A DNA stretch of 64,000 nt, taken from Octopus sinensis (lineage: Eukaryota). The position numbers and the translations under genes were made by a program. The notes beneath the pieces are model-generated. The model was not told the origin of the DNA and did not search any database. It worked only from the letters and a program-made list of their open reading frames with translations. The stretch is from NCBI RefSeq assembly GCF_006345805.1, contig NC_043010.1, positions 30,380,001 to 30,444,000 of the forward strand, in the 5' to 3' direction. This document shows, piece after piece, positions 53,008 through 64,000 of the stretch. Numbering within the stretch: the stretch's first letter is position 1; every line of letters begins with the position of its first letter.

Positions 53008-53350
53008 TATATATATATTATATATATATATAAACGAAGTTTGAAAACGCCACTATATAGGATAAATTTTAATTTTCTTAGAAATTTTACATGTTTCGGT
53101 TCTTCTTGAAAAAACGAACCTTATCAAAATTATTTTTGAAAGTTTAGTGTAATAATAAAAAGTTCATAATTGCTTCTTACTAGTCTCAACAGAGTCCACA
53201 TGATAATTTTTTGTGGAAGGAGAGCATAATGGCTGTCTTGTGTGTTGACTAGATTCGTTGGCTGTAATTGAGGAAATGACCAGTGGCCGAAATATATATA
53301 TTTATATATTTATAACAGACTTATGATTAAAGGTATTTCAGACGTGTTAA

Positions 53351-53580
53351 GGCGGCGAACTGGCAGAAACGTTAGCACGCCGAGCGAAATGCTTAGCAGT
53401 ATTTCGTCTGCCGCTACGTTCTGAGTTCAAATTCCGCCGAGGTCGACTTTGCCTTTCATCCTTTCGGGGTCGATTAAATAAGTACCAGTTACGCACTGGG
53501 GTCGATATAATCGACTTAATCCGTTTGTCTGACCTTGTTTGTCCCTTCTGTGTTTAGTCCCTTGTGGGTAGTAAAGAAAC
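53351..53580 (+). mobile_element. tRNA-derived SINE family A (ggcgagctggcagaaacg...). Other copies: 4203-4465+, 18418-18648+, 47205-47385-, 47438-47668-, 48857-49086+, 61627-61857+, ~35395-35607-
   Basis: A/B box-like head (TGGCAGAAACGTT, GAGTTCAAATTCC); this copy has a 17 bp target duplication aggtatttcagacgtgt at 53331-47 and 53581-97. Confidence 0.9.
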
Positions 53581-54759
53581 AGGTATTTCAGACGTGTCCA
53601 TTCCGCATTATCAAGAACAGGCCTTGGACTAGACTTCCCCAATGTTATTTTTTTCTCCTTCTTTAAGATAGCAGGATATTTGAGAGATATTTGAGTACTA
53701 CTACCTCCAGCAGGTCAAGCGATTTCATAGTCGACGTAACCAGTTGTATTTTGGTAACTAGAATGAGTATCAGCGGGTGGTGGATGATGTCAGCGGGTGG
53801 ATGCTGATGATAATAAGTAGGATGGGAATGAGCGGGTGGATGATGATGTAACGATGACTGGGATGAGTGTCAGCGGGTGGTTAAAGATTAGAGTTAAGAT
53901 AACTCGTATATTTTGACTAGCAGATAGGTGGCAATCTTGACATATAAACTTAATGTTCTCTATTTTCTGATGAAAAAAAATAAAATCTGCCCTCACACAC
54001 ACAATACGCACCAACATTGCTCCTCTACATCTTCCGTTTTCCTTTACTGAACGACAGCAAAAATACATCCGGATCAGTAAAATATAATTTTTTACAGCAA
54101 ACCCGCTTATGGCTATAACATACAATAACATTTATTCATATGTGAAACATTTTAGCAATATGGAATTCTCTCTCTCTCTCTTTCACTCTTATGTGTGTAA
54201 GTGTGTGAGTCTGTGCATGTGTGTGTGTGGGGGGGGGGCGGCATGTATGTGTGTGTGTGGGGGGCATGTATGTGTGGGGGGGGGGCGGCATGTATGTGTG
54301 TGAGTAAAACTCTGTGAAAACATATACCAATATTTTTACAGTGAAATATTTGTTATGTGAAAGCATATTTTTGTACATTTGCTTTCAGTTGTGAAGATGT
54401 TTAACGGAAATATTTACCACCAGTCTTAAAACAATAAAATAAAATGTAGCACAAGAGGACGACGAAGAACCATACGAAAATCTGGTAAAAATACACAAAG
54501 GACGTGGATACGCTTACAGCTCATAAGTTATTGACAATTTAATGTCAATAACTGATGTATTGTATTGACATCACAATTTCGATGCTTTAAGAACTAAAGC
54601 TTGTTTTATTCAAACATACAAAGACACCACACACATGTATGTATGTATGTATGTATGTATGTTGTATGTATGCATGCATGTATGTTTGTATGTATGTATG
54701 TATGTATGTATGTATGTGTGTATGTATGTATGTATGTATCTAAAGGTTTTAGTTGCCAA

Positions 54760-54875
54760 TTCTGTACAAGACATTGTAGATCTTTAGCTGGGCTAAAAAG
54801 TCACATTCGATCACAGCACTAGTAACAGTTAAGCTTCGTGCAATGGCCATACTCGATAACGAGGGGGCAGCCATA
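54760..54875 (+). mobile_element. RTE 3' tail fragment
   Basis: FSCQFCTRHCRSLAGLKSHIRSQH* followed by an RTE-like tail. Confidence 0.6.
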
Positions 54876-55274
54876 ATGTATATATGTACGTATACATGTA
54901 TGTGTGTGTGTATGTATGTATGTATGTATGTATGTATGTATGTATGTATGTATGTATGTATGTATGTATGTATGTGTCAGATCACTTGTGAGATCTCTCT
55001 GGTAATATGGAATCCAGTACAACCTGTTTCATAGTCGGGTCGTCACCGTCTAAACTAGTACTACTATTAGGCTTGCATGGTAAGGAGGGTTGCAAAAACC
55101 CCAGCAGGACTGGAAACAAGACCTGCCTAAAGGACGAGTAAATGTAGATTCAACGACTACCTAGCAACAGCACGGACCCTCAGAAATTCCGGGTTGGTGT
55201 CTGGCGCGCTTGAAGACCACTGGGAGTGAGATACCCGTCAGCTTTTGTTAAAGCATGTTTTTAGGAGAAGGTCA

Positions 55275-55302
55275 TCTTTATATATATAAAACTGAGAATG
55301 TG

Positions 55303-55339
<37 letters not shown>

Positions 55340-56372
55340 GCCTGCCTGTCTGTCTGTATGTCTGTCTGTCTGTATGTCTGTCTGTCTGTGTGTTTCCCTA
55401 AAACTTGAGAACTACACAACCAATTTCATTCAAATTTTACACATGCCTTACTTAGGGTCCATGTAGTTTTATGGGCAAAAAAAATGTTCAACCTCTTGCC
55501 TAGAGCGAGCCCATAGCAACATCATATCTTCTCCACTATTTCAGTATTACGTGTTAAAAGTGAAACAAAAACGTTTCTCTATTTTATGTCAGATACTTTC
55601 ACTTTAACAATAAAAATAATAATAACAATTGAATTATATGTAGTAAGTAATAATTAAAATCAAACTAAAGTAACATAACAAAAGTAAAAATAGCAATTGG
55701 TATAAAATTGCATCAATGATTTGAACTTGAATAAGTGGTTTCACATGAATGGGAATAAATTAAAAATAAAATTAGCGTGCAGAAATGGAATAGTCCAGAT
55801 GGATAATAAAAAATTAAAGAAAAGACTATTGTCTATAAAGTATACAATGCAGAGAAAAAAGAAAATTTGAGCACATGGAGGAAAGTACCTTCGAAAAGTG
55901 TCTTGGTGCGACTATGAAAGGTATCTAATCAGAGGCGGTAAATTCACCACAATAGAAGCAAGGTTCGAGTCAACGGAGCGTGCAAGGGAGTACTCGACTC
56001 GAACTTGTAAAGTGGAAATATTTTATTTTTACCTTTATATCTGGGACGTAGGACGTCCCGGAAAACAATTTTTAATTCCCCCCTCCCCCAGAAGTAGCGG
56101 TAGGCTGGATTGTAGCCACACTTCTATACAAGAGGGAGGACAAGATACAATTGATTGAAATTACAAGAGACGGGCTAACAATTCCAGTCTGTTATATATT
56201 TTGAGTATTGTTATCACTAGCGATATCAAGATATAACTTTGTATTTTGTATTTTATGTGTAGATGTATATATATAGATGTACATGTAATATGTACACATA
56301 TATGTACACATATATACACATATATACATGCACTAGCACTATGACCCGGCAACGACGGGTCTTTAATGCTAG
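55275..56372 (+). mobile_element. Non-autonomous Helitron
   Basis: A|TC-TTTATATATATAAAA 5' end, internal (CTGT)n, 3' hairpin GACCCG-GCAACGA-CGGGTC followed by CTAG|T. Confidence 0.75.
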
Positions 56373-56582
56373 TTCTGATATAAAACCAGCTATACAGAGA
56401 ATGGCAATGAACATTTTGGGGAATCTTTGGCTCGCATTTGAGATTATGGCGCTCCCACATTCCTGAACTTGCTACTCATTGGCACTGGATATCTTGCCCT
56501 GGACTTTCTCTGGATCATCTCAGTAGGTTGGACAATCGTCGGTTGGGTAACTTTTCGATGCCCTGTCGAGAGAGAGTATGCG

Positions 56583-56620
<38 letters not shown>

Positions 56621-56955
56621 CGCGGGCGCGGGCGTGTTTGTGTGAGTGTGAGACAGAAGCCGATGCAGTTAACTCGGACTGTGACGTGTATGCATATAGA
56701 GTCTATTGCCTTCTTCTTGTCTTCCATTTATGTATAACATATTCCCTTCTGGCTTATACTTTCTCGCATGTTATTTATATATCACTTTGCTGCTTTATTT
56801 CACGGTTGAACTATAAATATTCGACGTTTATTGAGATATCTTTATATCAACTTATATAAATCATATACCATCCAACTAAAACATGCTGAAATGAACTATA
56901 CTGTGTTATTATCTTTTAGGAAAAAAAGCAAGGTGTGTGTGTGTAGGCGTTTGCG

Positions 56956-57002
<47 letters not shown>

Positions 57003-57121
57003 TATATATGCGTGTGCATATATGTGTGTATGTGTGCGTGTGCTTACACGTATACACATTTATGTACATAAACATATATATGTATATATAAATATGTATA
57101 TAATATACACTCATTATATTT

Positions 57122-57155
<34 letters not shown>

Positions 57156-58384
57156 ATATAATATACATTAATGTGTCTGTGTGTGAGTGTGTGAGTGTGT
57201 GTGTGTGTTTGTGTATGTGTATTTTATGTACATATTTTATTTATATATTCTTATACATACTTATATATGTGCACGCACATAGACATGAGTATATCTATGT
57301 GTGCGCGTAGACACACACACACATACACATTTGCATACATATATACATATACATACACACACATATACACATATGCATATGGTGATATTATTTGATCATT
57401 TACTAATTATTGACAGAATTTGTTTTATATACTTTTACTCTCGTCGGAAGTATTGATCTGTACCTTCCAAAATATAATATACCGATATCAATTGATCAGC
57501 ATTTTCCAATATATTAAATACCAATATCTATAATGCCTATAAGTATAATCATAATTAGAATCTCAGCAATCAATATATCTATGCTTATGCTTTCTCGGTT
57601 TATTGGTACCGACTTTTTAACTTTTGGAACAAAACCATAAATTTGTTGAATAGGATATTACTGGTATTGGAGTTACGTGACCGAGCGGTTAGGTTGTTCG
57701 GTTCGCAATCACTTGGTATTAAGTTCGATTCCTGGGTCAGGCGACACATTGTGTCCTTAACCAGTTCATTTTATTTCACGTTGCTCAGGCTATACAGCTG
57801 AATTCTAGCACCAGACGACAGCTGATGCAGTCACCCCGCCCTTAGGGTGTCAAATCCTCAATGTTCTTCTTGCTCAATATCATGACTACGTCTGCGTTCA
57901 CTTTGCAACCCATTTTCCTCCCTGTATTCTATTATTCATTTAACACTGATTCATTTAACATATTTTCTTTTGTAACCAAACATCCGTGATAAACGAGAAT
58001 AGATGTAGTTGTTTTATTAATCCGAAAGGTTAATGGACAGGCGACCTCGGCGAAGTCTGAACTCAGTACGTAAAGAGCCATAAACAAATACGACATTTTA
58101 CCCAACGCTTTGCCGGTTCTTCTACTCCTCTAAAGCCCAGAACTCTGGATTGGCAGACTTGATAGAGCGTTGGACAAACGCCTATGCCAAATTTGCCCTT
58201 ATATCATTGCAAAGTCGTTAAATAAAAGTGGCAACGAGGTACAGGGATTTGATTTAACTAACTGACAGCTCACTTTTGCCGAATGTATAGCCATGAGCCT
58301 ACATTAGAAACAATATATGGAAACAATCGCTATGAAAGCTATTTTATTATCGTCAAGATATCGTATAAAATATTTCTCCTTTCA

Positions 58385-58386
58385 GC

Positions 58387-58451
<65 letters not shown>

Positions 58452-58504
58452 CAATAATAATAATGATAATAATGCTGCTGCTGATGATGATGAGGAGGAG
58501 GATT

Positions 58505-58594
<90 letters not shown>

Positions 58595-58620
58595 CTGATG
58601 ATGATGATAGTAGTGATGAT
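58385..58620. repeat. (AAT)n/(GAT)n trinucleotide microsatellite
   Basis: Visible. Confidence 0.97.
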
Positions 58621-58744
58621 TTCTTTTATTTGCCACCAGGGCGAAAGATGAGGGGGGCAATACAAAGAGAGACATAAATTGTGCGATGGGGGTTACATAT
58701 AATGAAATTGTAAAATATATATATATATAAGTATACACAGTATA

Positions 58745-59740
58745 CTATAAAACAAAGAAGGGAAGTATACATAGTATACAAATGATAATAACAGCAATAA
58801 GATGTTTGATTGTTGTGGAACAGTGTGTACAGATGGAAAGAAATAGCGTATTAAAATATTTACAGAACAACACAGAGAAATTACTAAAGGCAGTGAATAA
58901 AGAACAGGTGATCAAGTGTGGAATAGAAGAGAAGGACAAGAATTGAATTCAAAGAGAGCATGTTAAAAAGGCTGAAGAGAAACCGTTGCATGGTCAGTTT
59001 TGGAAAGCCACTGAGAATGTATGTGGAAGAAAAATCTGGGCTTGGTTGTAATTGAAAAAAGGAACTGAAAGCCTTATTATAGCAGCTGAAGATCAAGCGT
59101 TAAAGACAAACAACTCGAGAAAATATGTGTCTGGGAAGAAGTGTCAGCAAAATGTAGAATATATGGAATTAGTTTTTCAGCAATGGCAGATATTGTTGCA
59201 GAATACTCCAAGTTGGCTCCTGGAGAATATAAGAAGTGGAGGCATAACCAAGTTGTGAAAGATTTTACACTGGAAGCTTTGTCAGAATTGGGAGTTTCGG
59301 AAGCACATCAGGTTGCAAAAGTGCTTGTCTATGAAAAAAGGAAGATTCTATCTTCTTATTCAAACGGATAAGAAGATAGAAAATAGTAAACCAGATCTAA
59401 CAATAATAGACAACGAAAAGCGAAATTGCTTACTGATTGACCCATCATATCCTTTTGATTCCAGGATTGTGAAGAAAGAAGTCAAAAAATTAAAACAATA
59501 CAATCCCATAAAATTTGAAATTGCGTGAATTTGGAATATGAAATCTGTAAAGATTGTATCTGTAATAATTGGTGCATTAGGAACTGTGAGTAGTGATACA
59601 AACAAATGGTTGAAGGAGTTGGAATGTTCTCTGCAATTTGCAGAGAACATGCCAATAAGTTGGTATATTCTCCGCAAATTAGTCGTGGCTTTACGTACAG
59701 ACTCATCTACAATTTTCACTTCCGTAAAGTCTGTGTGGTA
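58745..59740 (+). pseudogene. Decayed non-LTR retrotransposon with restriction-like endonuclease (R4/Dong-like) C-terminus
   Basis: KKGTESLIIAAEDQALKT, KCRIYG, YKKWRHNQV, KPDLTIIDNEKRNCLLID, IIGALGTV. Confidence 0.8.
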
Positions 59741-59821
59741 ATCATTAGACATGGCTCCTTTCAACCATTTCTGAAGTATATTTTAACATATATACCGCAC
59801 GCACAGTATGTATATATATAT

Positions 59822-59863
<42 letters not shown>

Positions 59864-60119
59864 CAACCGATAAGGGTGAGAAAATTGGGTACTAATTTAA
59901 TAGCACATCCATTTATCACCAAGTGGCTTAGTGCATAAAAAACCCGGATTACGACACATTTTATACATAAATATAAGAGAGTGACCACCATGTGGTCTAC
60001 TCTAGCACTAAAAATAGATCCGCGAGGTTTCAGCCACAAAAGAAAATGTTTCCGTTGAAATTTAGCACTACTACCAGCGCAAATGAACACTGCAAATAAA
60101 CATAACAAAATGTAGATTA

Positions 60120-60198
60120 GTTCGAGACAATTGTTTCGATATTAATAAAATTATGTGGTTTTACTTACATAAATTTATCTGTTGCTCCTCAGCCGAAC
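60120..60198 (-). ncRNA. Inverted copy of the second-family hammerhead, with a mismatch in helix II
   Basis: Reverse complement reads GTTCGG-CTGAGGA-GC...TC-GAAA-CAATTG-TC-TCGAAC. Confidence 0.7.
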
Positions 60199-60257
60199 CC
60201 GTCCAGTGAAGTCCAGTGAAGTCTAGCGTGCGATCGAGTAAATTGTATCCTGGACGG

Positions 60258-60336
60258 GTTCGGCTGAGGAGCTAAAGATAAATTTATGTAAGTAAAACCA
60301 CATAATTTTATTAATAGCGAAACAATTGTCTCGAAC
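60258..60336 (+). ncRNA. Type I hammerhead ribozyme (second family)
   Basis: GTTCGG-CTGAGGA(60264-70)-GC...GC-GAAA(60319-22)-CAATTG-TC-TCGAAC; helix I GTTCGG/TCGAAC 6 bp, palindromic helix III ACAATTGT, GUC cleavage after 60330. Confidence 0.85.
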
Positions 60337-60488
60337 TAATCTACATTTTGTTATGTTTATTTGCACTGCTCATTTGCGCTGGTAGTAGTGCTAAATTTCA
60401 ACGGAAACAATTTCTTTTGTGGCTGAAACCTCGCGGATCTATTTTTAGTGCTAGAGTAGACCACATGGTGGTCACTCTCTTATATATA

Positions 60489-60538
<50 letters not shown>

Positions 60539-60635
60539 TATATATATAGTTATGGTATATTCCGTTAAGAACGTAGTAGAGTAAAGTATAAAGCTCCTTT
60601 ACCTTCAGATTTCACCCTGTGCTATCAAGTCACTA

Positions 60636-60717
<82 letters not shown>

Positions 60718-60719
<2 letters not shown>

Positions 60720-61070
60720 GGGAAAGTAAGAAGAAAACAAACGAAAATACGCATTGGATATAAAAAATAAAGGCTTTTTTATGAAAAGTAACGATAAATA
60801 TATACAATTAGATGAACTGAGGTAGAATTAAGACGAATAAAAGTCATTATTATGAATTGTTAAAGGGATTCAAAGTCATACCGGTTTCGTCAATTACTGT
60901 TCACTGGCTTTGAATGTGCACCGATTACCAAACAGTGTTGGATCTACAAGTCCCTGAGTAATTCTACCTGATTTCATCTAATTGTATATATTTATCGTTA
61001 CTTTTCATAAAAACGCCTTTATTTTTTTGATATCCAATGTGCATTTTCGCTTTTTTTCTTACTTTCCCCA
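60718..61070. mobile_element. Older inverted-repeat element (arms 60718-60830 / 60959-61070) with a degenerate hammerhead in the spacer
   Basis: tggggaaagtaag...ggtagaatta versus taattctacc...cttactttcccca; (AT)n on the left. Confidence 0.65.
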
Positions 61071-61108
61071 TATCTTTTCCACGCGTAGTTTCTGTTTTCT
61101 TTTTGAAA

Positions 61109-61144
<36 letters not shown>

Positions 61145-62687
61145 TTAAAAGTTTTTGTGAAAATTACTTGATTCAGTTTTTCTAAGTATAACAAAGATGT
61201 ATGTATGTATGTATGTATGTATGTATGTATGGACGTATGTACGAATGTATGCATGTATGCTATCTTTATTCTTATGTACGAATGTATGTATATATGCTAC
61301 GAATGTATGTATGCTGTCTTTAAAATAGCACGTTTTATATTGGTTTGATATAATTGGGTCATATAATTCCTATAGTGTATATGTGTGATTATACGTATGC
61401 CATACATGTCGGAAGAATGCTGGCAAGATATGCAACATGTATGAAGCTCAAACATGGAAAACAAGAAGTAGAGCTGTAAGATGAAATACAATTATGCTAT
61501 AAGAACGTGCATTTAAAGAGCAACGAAAAATTGCTACCTAAATACTGCCGATAAATTTTAATATAAGCACACACATACACAGACAGAGACAGACAGACAG
61601 ACAGACACTCATATTTATATATACAAGGCCGCGAGCTGGCAGAATCGTTAACACGCCGAGCGAAATGCGTGGCCGTATTTCGCCTGCCGTTACGTTCTGA
61701 GTTCAAATTCTGCCGAGGTCAACTTTGCCTTTCATCCTTTCGGGGTCGATTAATAAAGTACGAGCTACGCACTAGGGTCGATGTAATCGACTTAATCCCT
61801 TTGTCTGTCTTTGTTTGTCTCCTCTATGTTTAGCCCCTTGTGGACAATAAAGAAATACATATTTATACATACATACATACATACATACATACATACATAC
61901 ATACATACATACATACATACATAATTCATACATACACTAAGATGCATTTTTAATACAGTTGGTATTTGTTACTAATCACAATATCTTCATAAATATCTTA
62001 ATTATGTTTATGTGTCGCCAAAAACTGAGCCCATCTCATTCACATTATTGCCACCCTTTTGATGCAAACCGAATGGAAAATTGTTTTCTTCATGTATGTA
62101 TGACATGCAGCTGTATAATTAAATATTGTTATATACAAAATAAAAGTGAAGCGGAGCAAGCTGACATGTAGATATATAATAGCAATGTAATGTTAGTACT
62201 ACTTATGTTATAGCAAAGGGCAAACTTTTTACAAAAATAGATATTTTTAATGAAATGTTTCACAAATATGCTTCAGATAGTGTAGATTTCAATTATATCT
62301 GAATTTGCTGTGAAAAAGACAAAAAAAAAAAATGGCATCGGTGAAGTGTGGACAGATGATTCAGAAAATTCACACAAGTCGGATTGTTTCTTCATAACTT
62401 TCGGAAAATGGGTATTTTTAAATACCCAAAAGCCGGTTACTTAGATTCGACGGAAACTGGAATCTTGTTTTTATAAGAGCTTTCTCATTGACTCATACTA
62501 CGCACACATATACACACACACGTACACAGAGTTGAGAACAGTGGAGAAAAGTCGTCAAAGGCATTTACTCCGTAGGAAGTGAATAGCTTAACAAAAAGAC
62601 ACTGGAGCAACGTGAAGTGAAGTGCTATATTCAAAGACACAACGTCCCGTTCAGTCTAGGAATCGAACCCATGTATCACTCGAAATA

Positions 62688-63077
62688 CAGTGGGGGGAAA
62701 TAAATATTCGTACATGTGAACATTCTTTATTTAATTAATTTCTAATGAACATAAATGAGATATAACCAATACTATATTTGCATACACATGCATAAACTAA
62801 GAATATGCCAATTTCTAGCAAGAAAAAAAAAATGATTTTAACAGTATTTTCTGGCATAGAAAATCATAAAATTATTCTGTACGAATACTTTTTTCATTCC
62901 TAAATATTTATAATTCTATATAAATTCCTTAGTTACTATAATTTATTAGTTTCTTTTGCATATTCTTAGTTTATGCATGTGTATGCAAATATAGTATTGG
63001 TATATCCCATTTATATTCATTAGAAATTAAATAAATACAGAATTTTGACATGTACGAATATTTATTTTCCCCCACTG
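62688..63077. mobile_element. Tc1-type MITE, 390 bp, ~120 bp TIRs
   Basis: TA-CAGTGGGGGGAAATAAATATTCGTACATGT ... ACATGTACGAATATTTATTTTCCCCCACTG-TA. Confidence 0.9.
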
Positions 63078-63578
63078 TATTGAGTCCGCGCTGGAACTCA
63101 TAAGCGACAATTAAAATATTATTTGTATTATTGTATCTCTGAAGACTGCGTCGTTGGACTCGCCTGCGTCACATTTCTGACAAAAAATTACATCGATTAC
63201 CCTCTGGGTCCTTCTTTAACTGATAGGAAACCTCTTAGGAATAAATATATATTTTTTATGCCGAAACAAGAAGACTGTAAGAGAGAGCTATTAACACCTC
63301 AGATGCTCTACTTTTGTATGTAAATATAACAAATATTAATGATAAACCAATAAGGTTATCTGTACTCTAAGCTTACCTCCAAATAGTCATAGGATAATGC
63401 TATGAGTGTATGTTCCCGTTAGTTCAAATCGTATTCAATTAAAACAGCATTTAAAAACGTTCGGGTACAGAGACCTCTTAAGCATAGAAATCGATAAAAA
63501 CAATATCAATTTTTAATTAGCTAATTTTGTAAACACCATTAAAGTAGTGAATAAATAGATTATATATATATATATATG

Positions 63579-63619
<41 letters not shown>

Positions 63620-64000
63620 TACGTATGTATGTATGTATTTATATATATGTGTGTATGTGTGTGTATATATATATATATGTATGTATGTATGTGTGTGTGT
63701 GTGTGCGTACGCGTGTATGCGATTATTAAATTATGAGAGGAATATAAGGAAAACAATTCTTTAAATATTTATATTACAAATGCAGACATGTCTGTGTATT
63801 TAAGAAGGTCGCTCTATAACCACGTGTTTCTGAGTTCCATTCCACTGCACAGCACTTAGGGTTAGTGTCTTCTATGATAGGCCTTGTAGCTTTTAGTTTG
63901 TCGTTGAAAGTGAAATTTGATAAAGGGGACACTGCAACATTTGTGCCCTGGATTATCTTCCCTTCCCTCAATGGCTATTTTGCATTTTGTGTCGAACAGA

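Larger units (their letters stand above)
59862..60485. mobile_element. Inverted-repeat element (arms 59971-60206 / 60250-60485, 43 nt spacer) flanked by (AT)n; Penelope pLTR-like
   Basis: ~236 bp arms with few differences; each arm carries a hammerhead reading outward from the centre. Confidence 0.75.

Noticed and set aside
55030-55260. Possible HDV-like ribozyme in a LINE 5' UTR-like segment
   Set aside because: Could not assemble the nested double pseudoknot by eye.

Overview
Animal genomic DNA, AT-rich and packed with microsatellites and transposon relics. The SINE, RTE and mariner families and the (AT)n/(TATC)n load suggest a coleoid cephalopod, probably Octopus (inference). One host gene is supported: a + strand, 3-coding-exon gene, CDS join(17952..18102,22488..22657,24219..25847), 649 aa, encoding a leucine-rich-repeat protein with an N-terminal BC-box-like motif. 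The rest is decayed RTE LINEs, tRNA-derived SINEs, Tc1/mariner and hAT elements, a Helitron, a solo LTR, an RLE-type LINE fragment and Penelope-like relics. The standout is RNA-level. A ~2.9-copy tandem array of a 550-552 bp unit (51369-52956) sits inside an (AT)n tract, and every unit carries an intact type I hammerhead ribozyme motif (CUGAUGA...GAAA, GUA cleavage site, palindromic helix III). This is retrozyme-like architecture predicted to release a ~550 nt self-cleaved, potentially circular RNA. A second, unrelated intact hammerhead lies in an inverted-repeat element at 59971-60485. Several degenerate hammerheads and a truncated Penelope GIY-YIG element with inverted pLTRs (46084-47017) occur nearby. 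All structures were folded by eye; no searches or computations were run.
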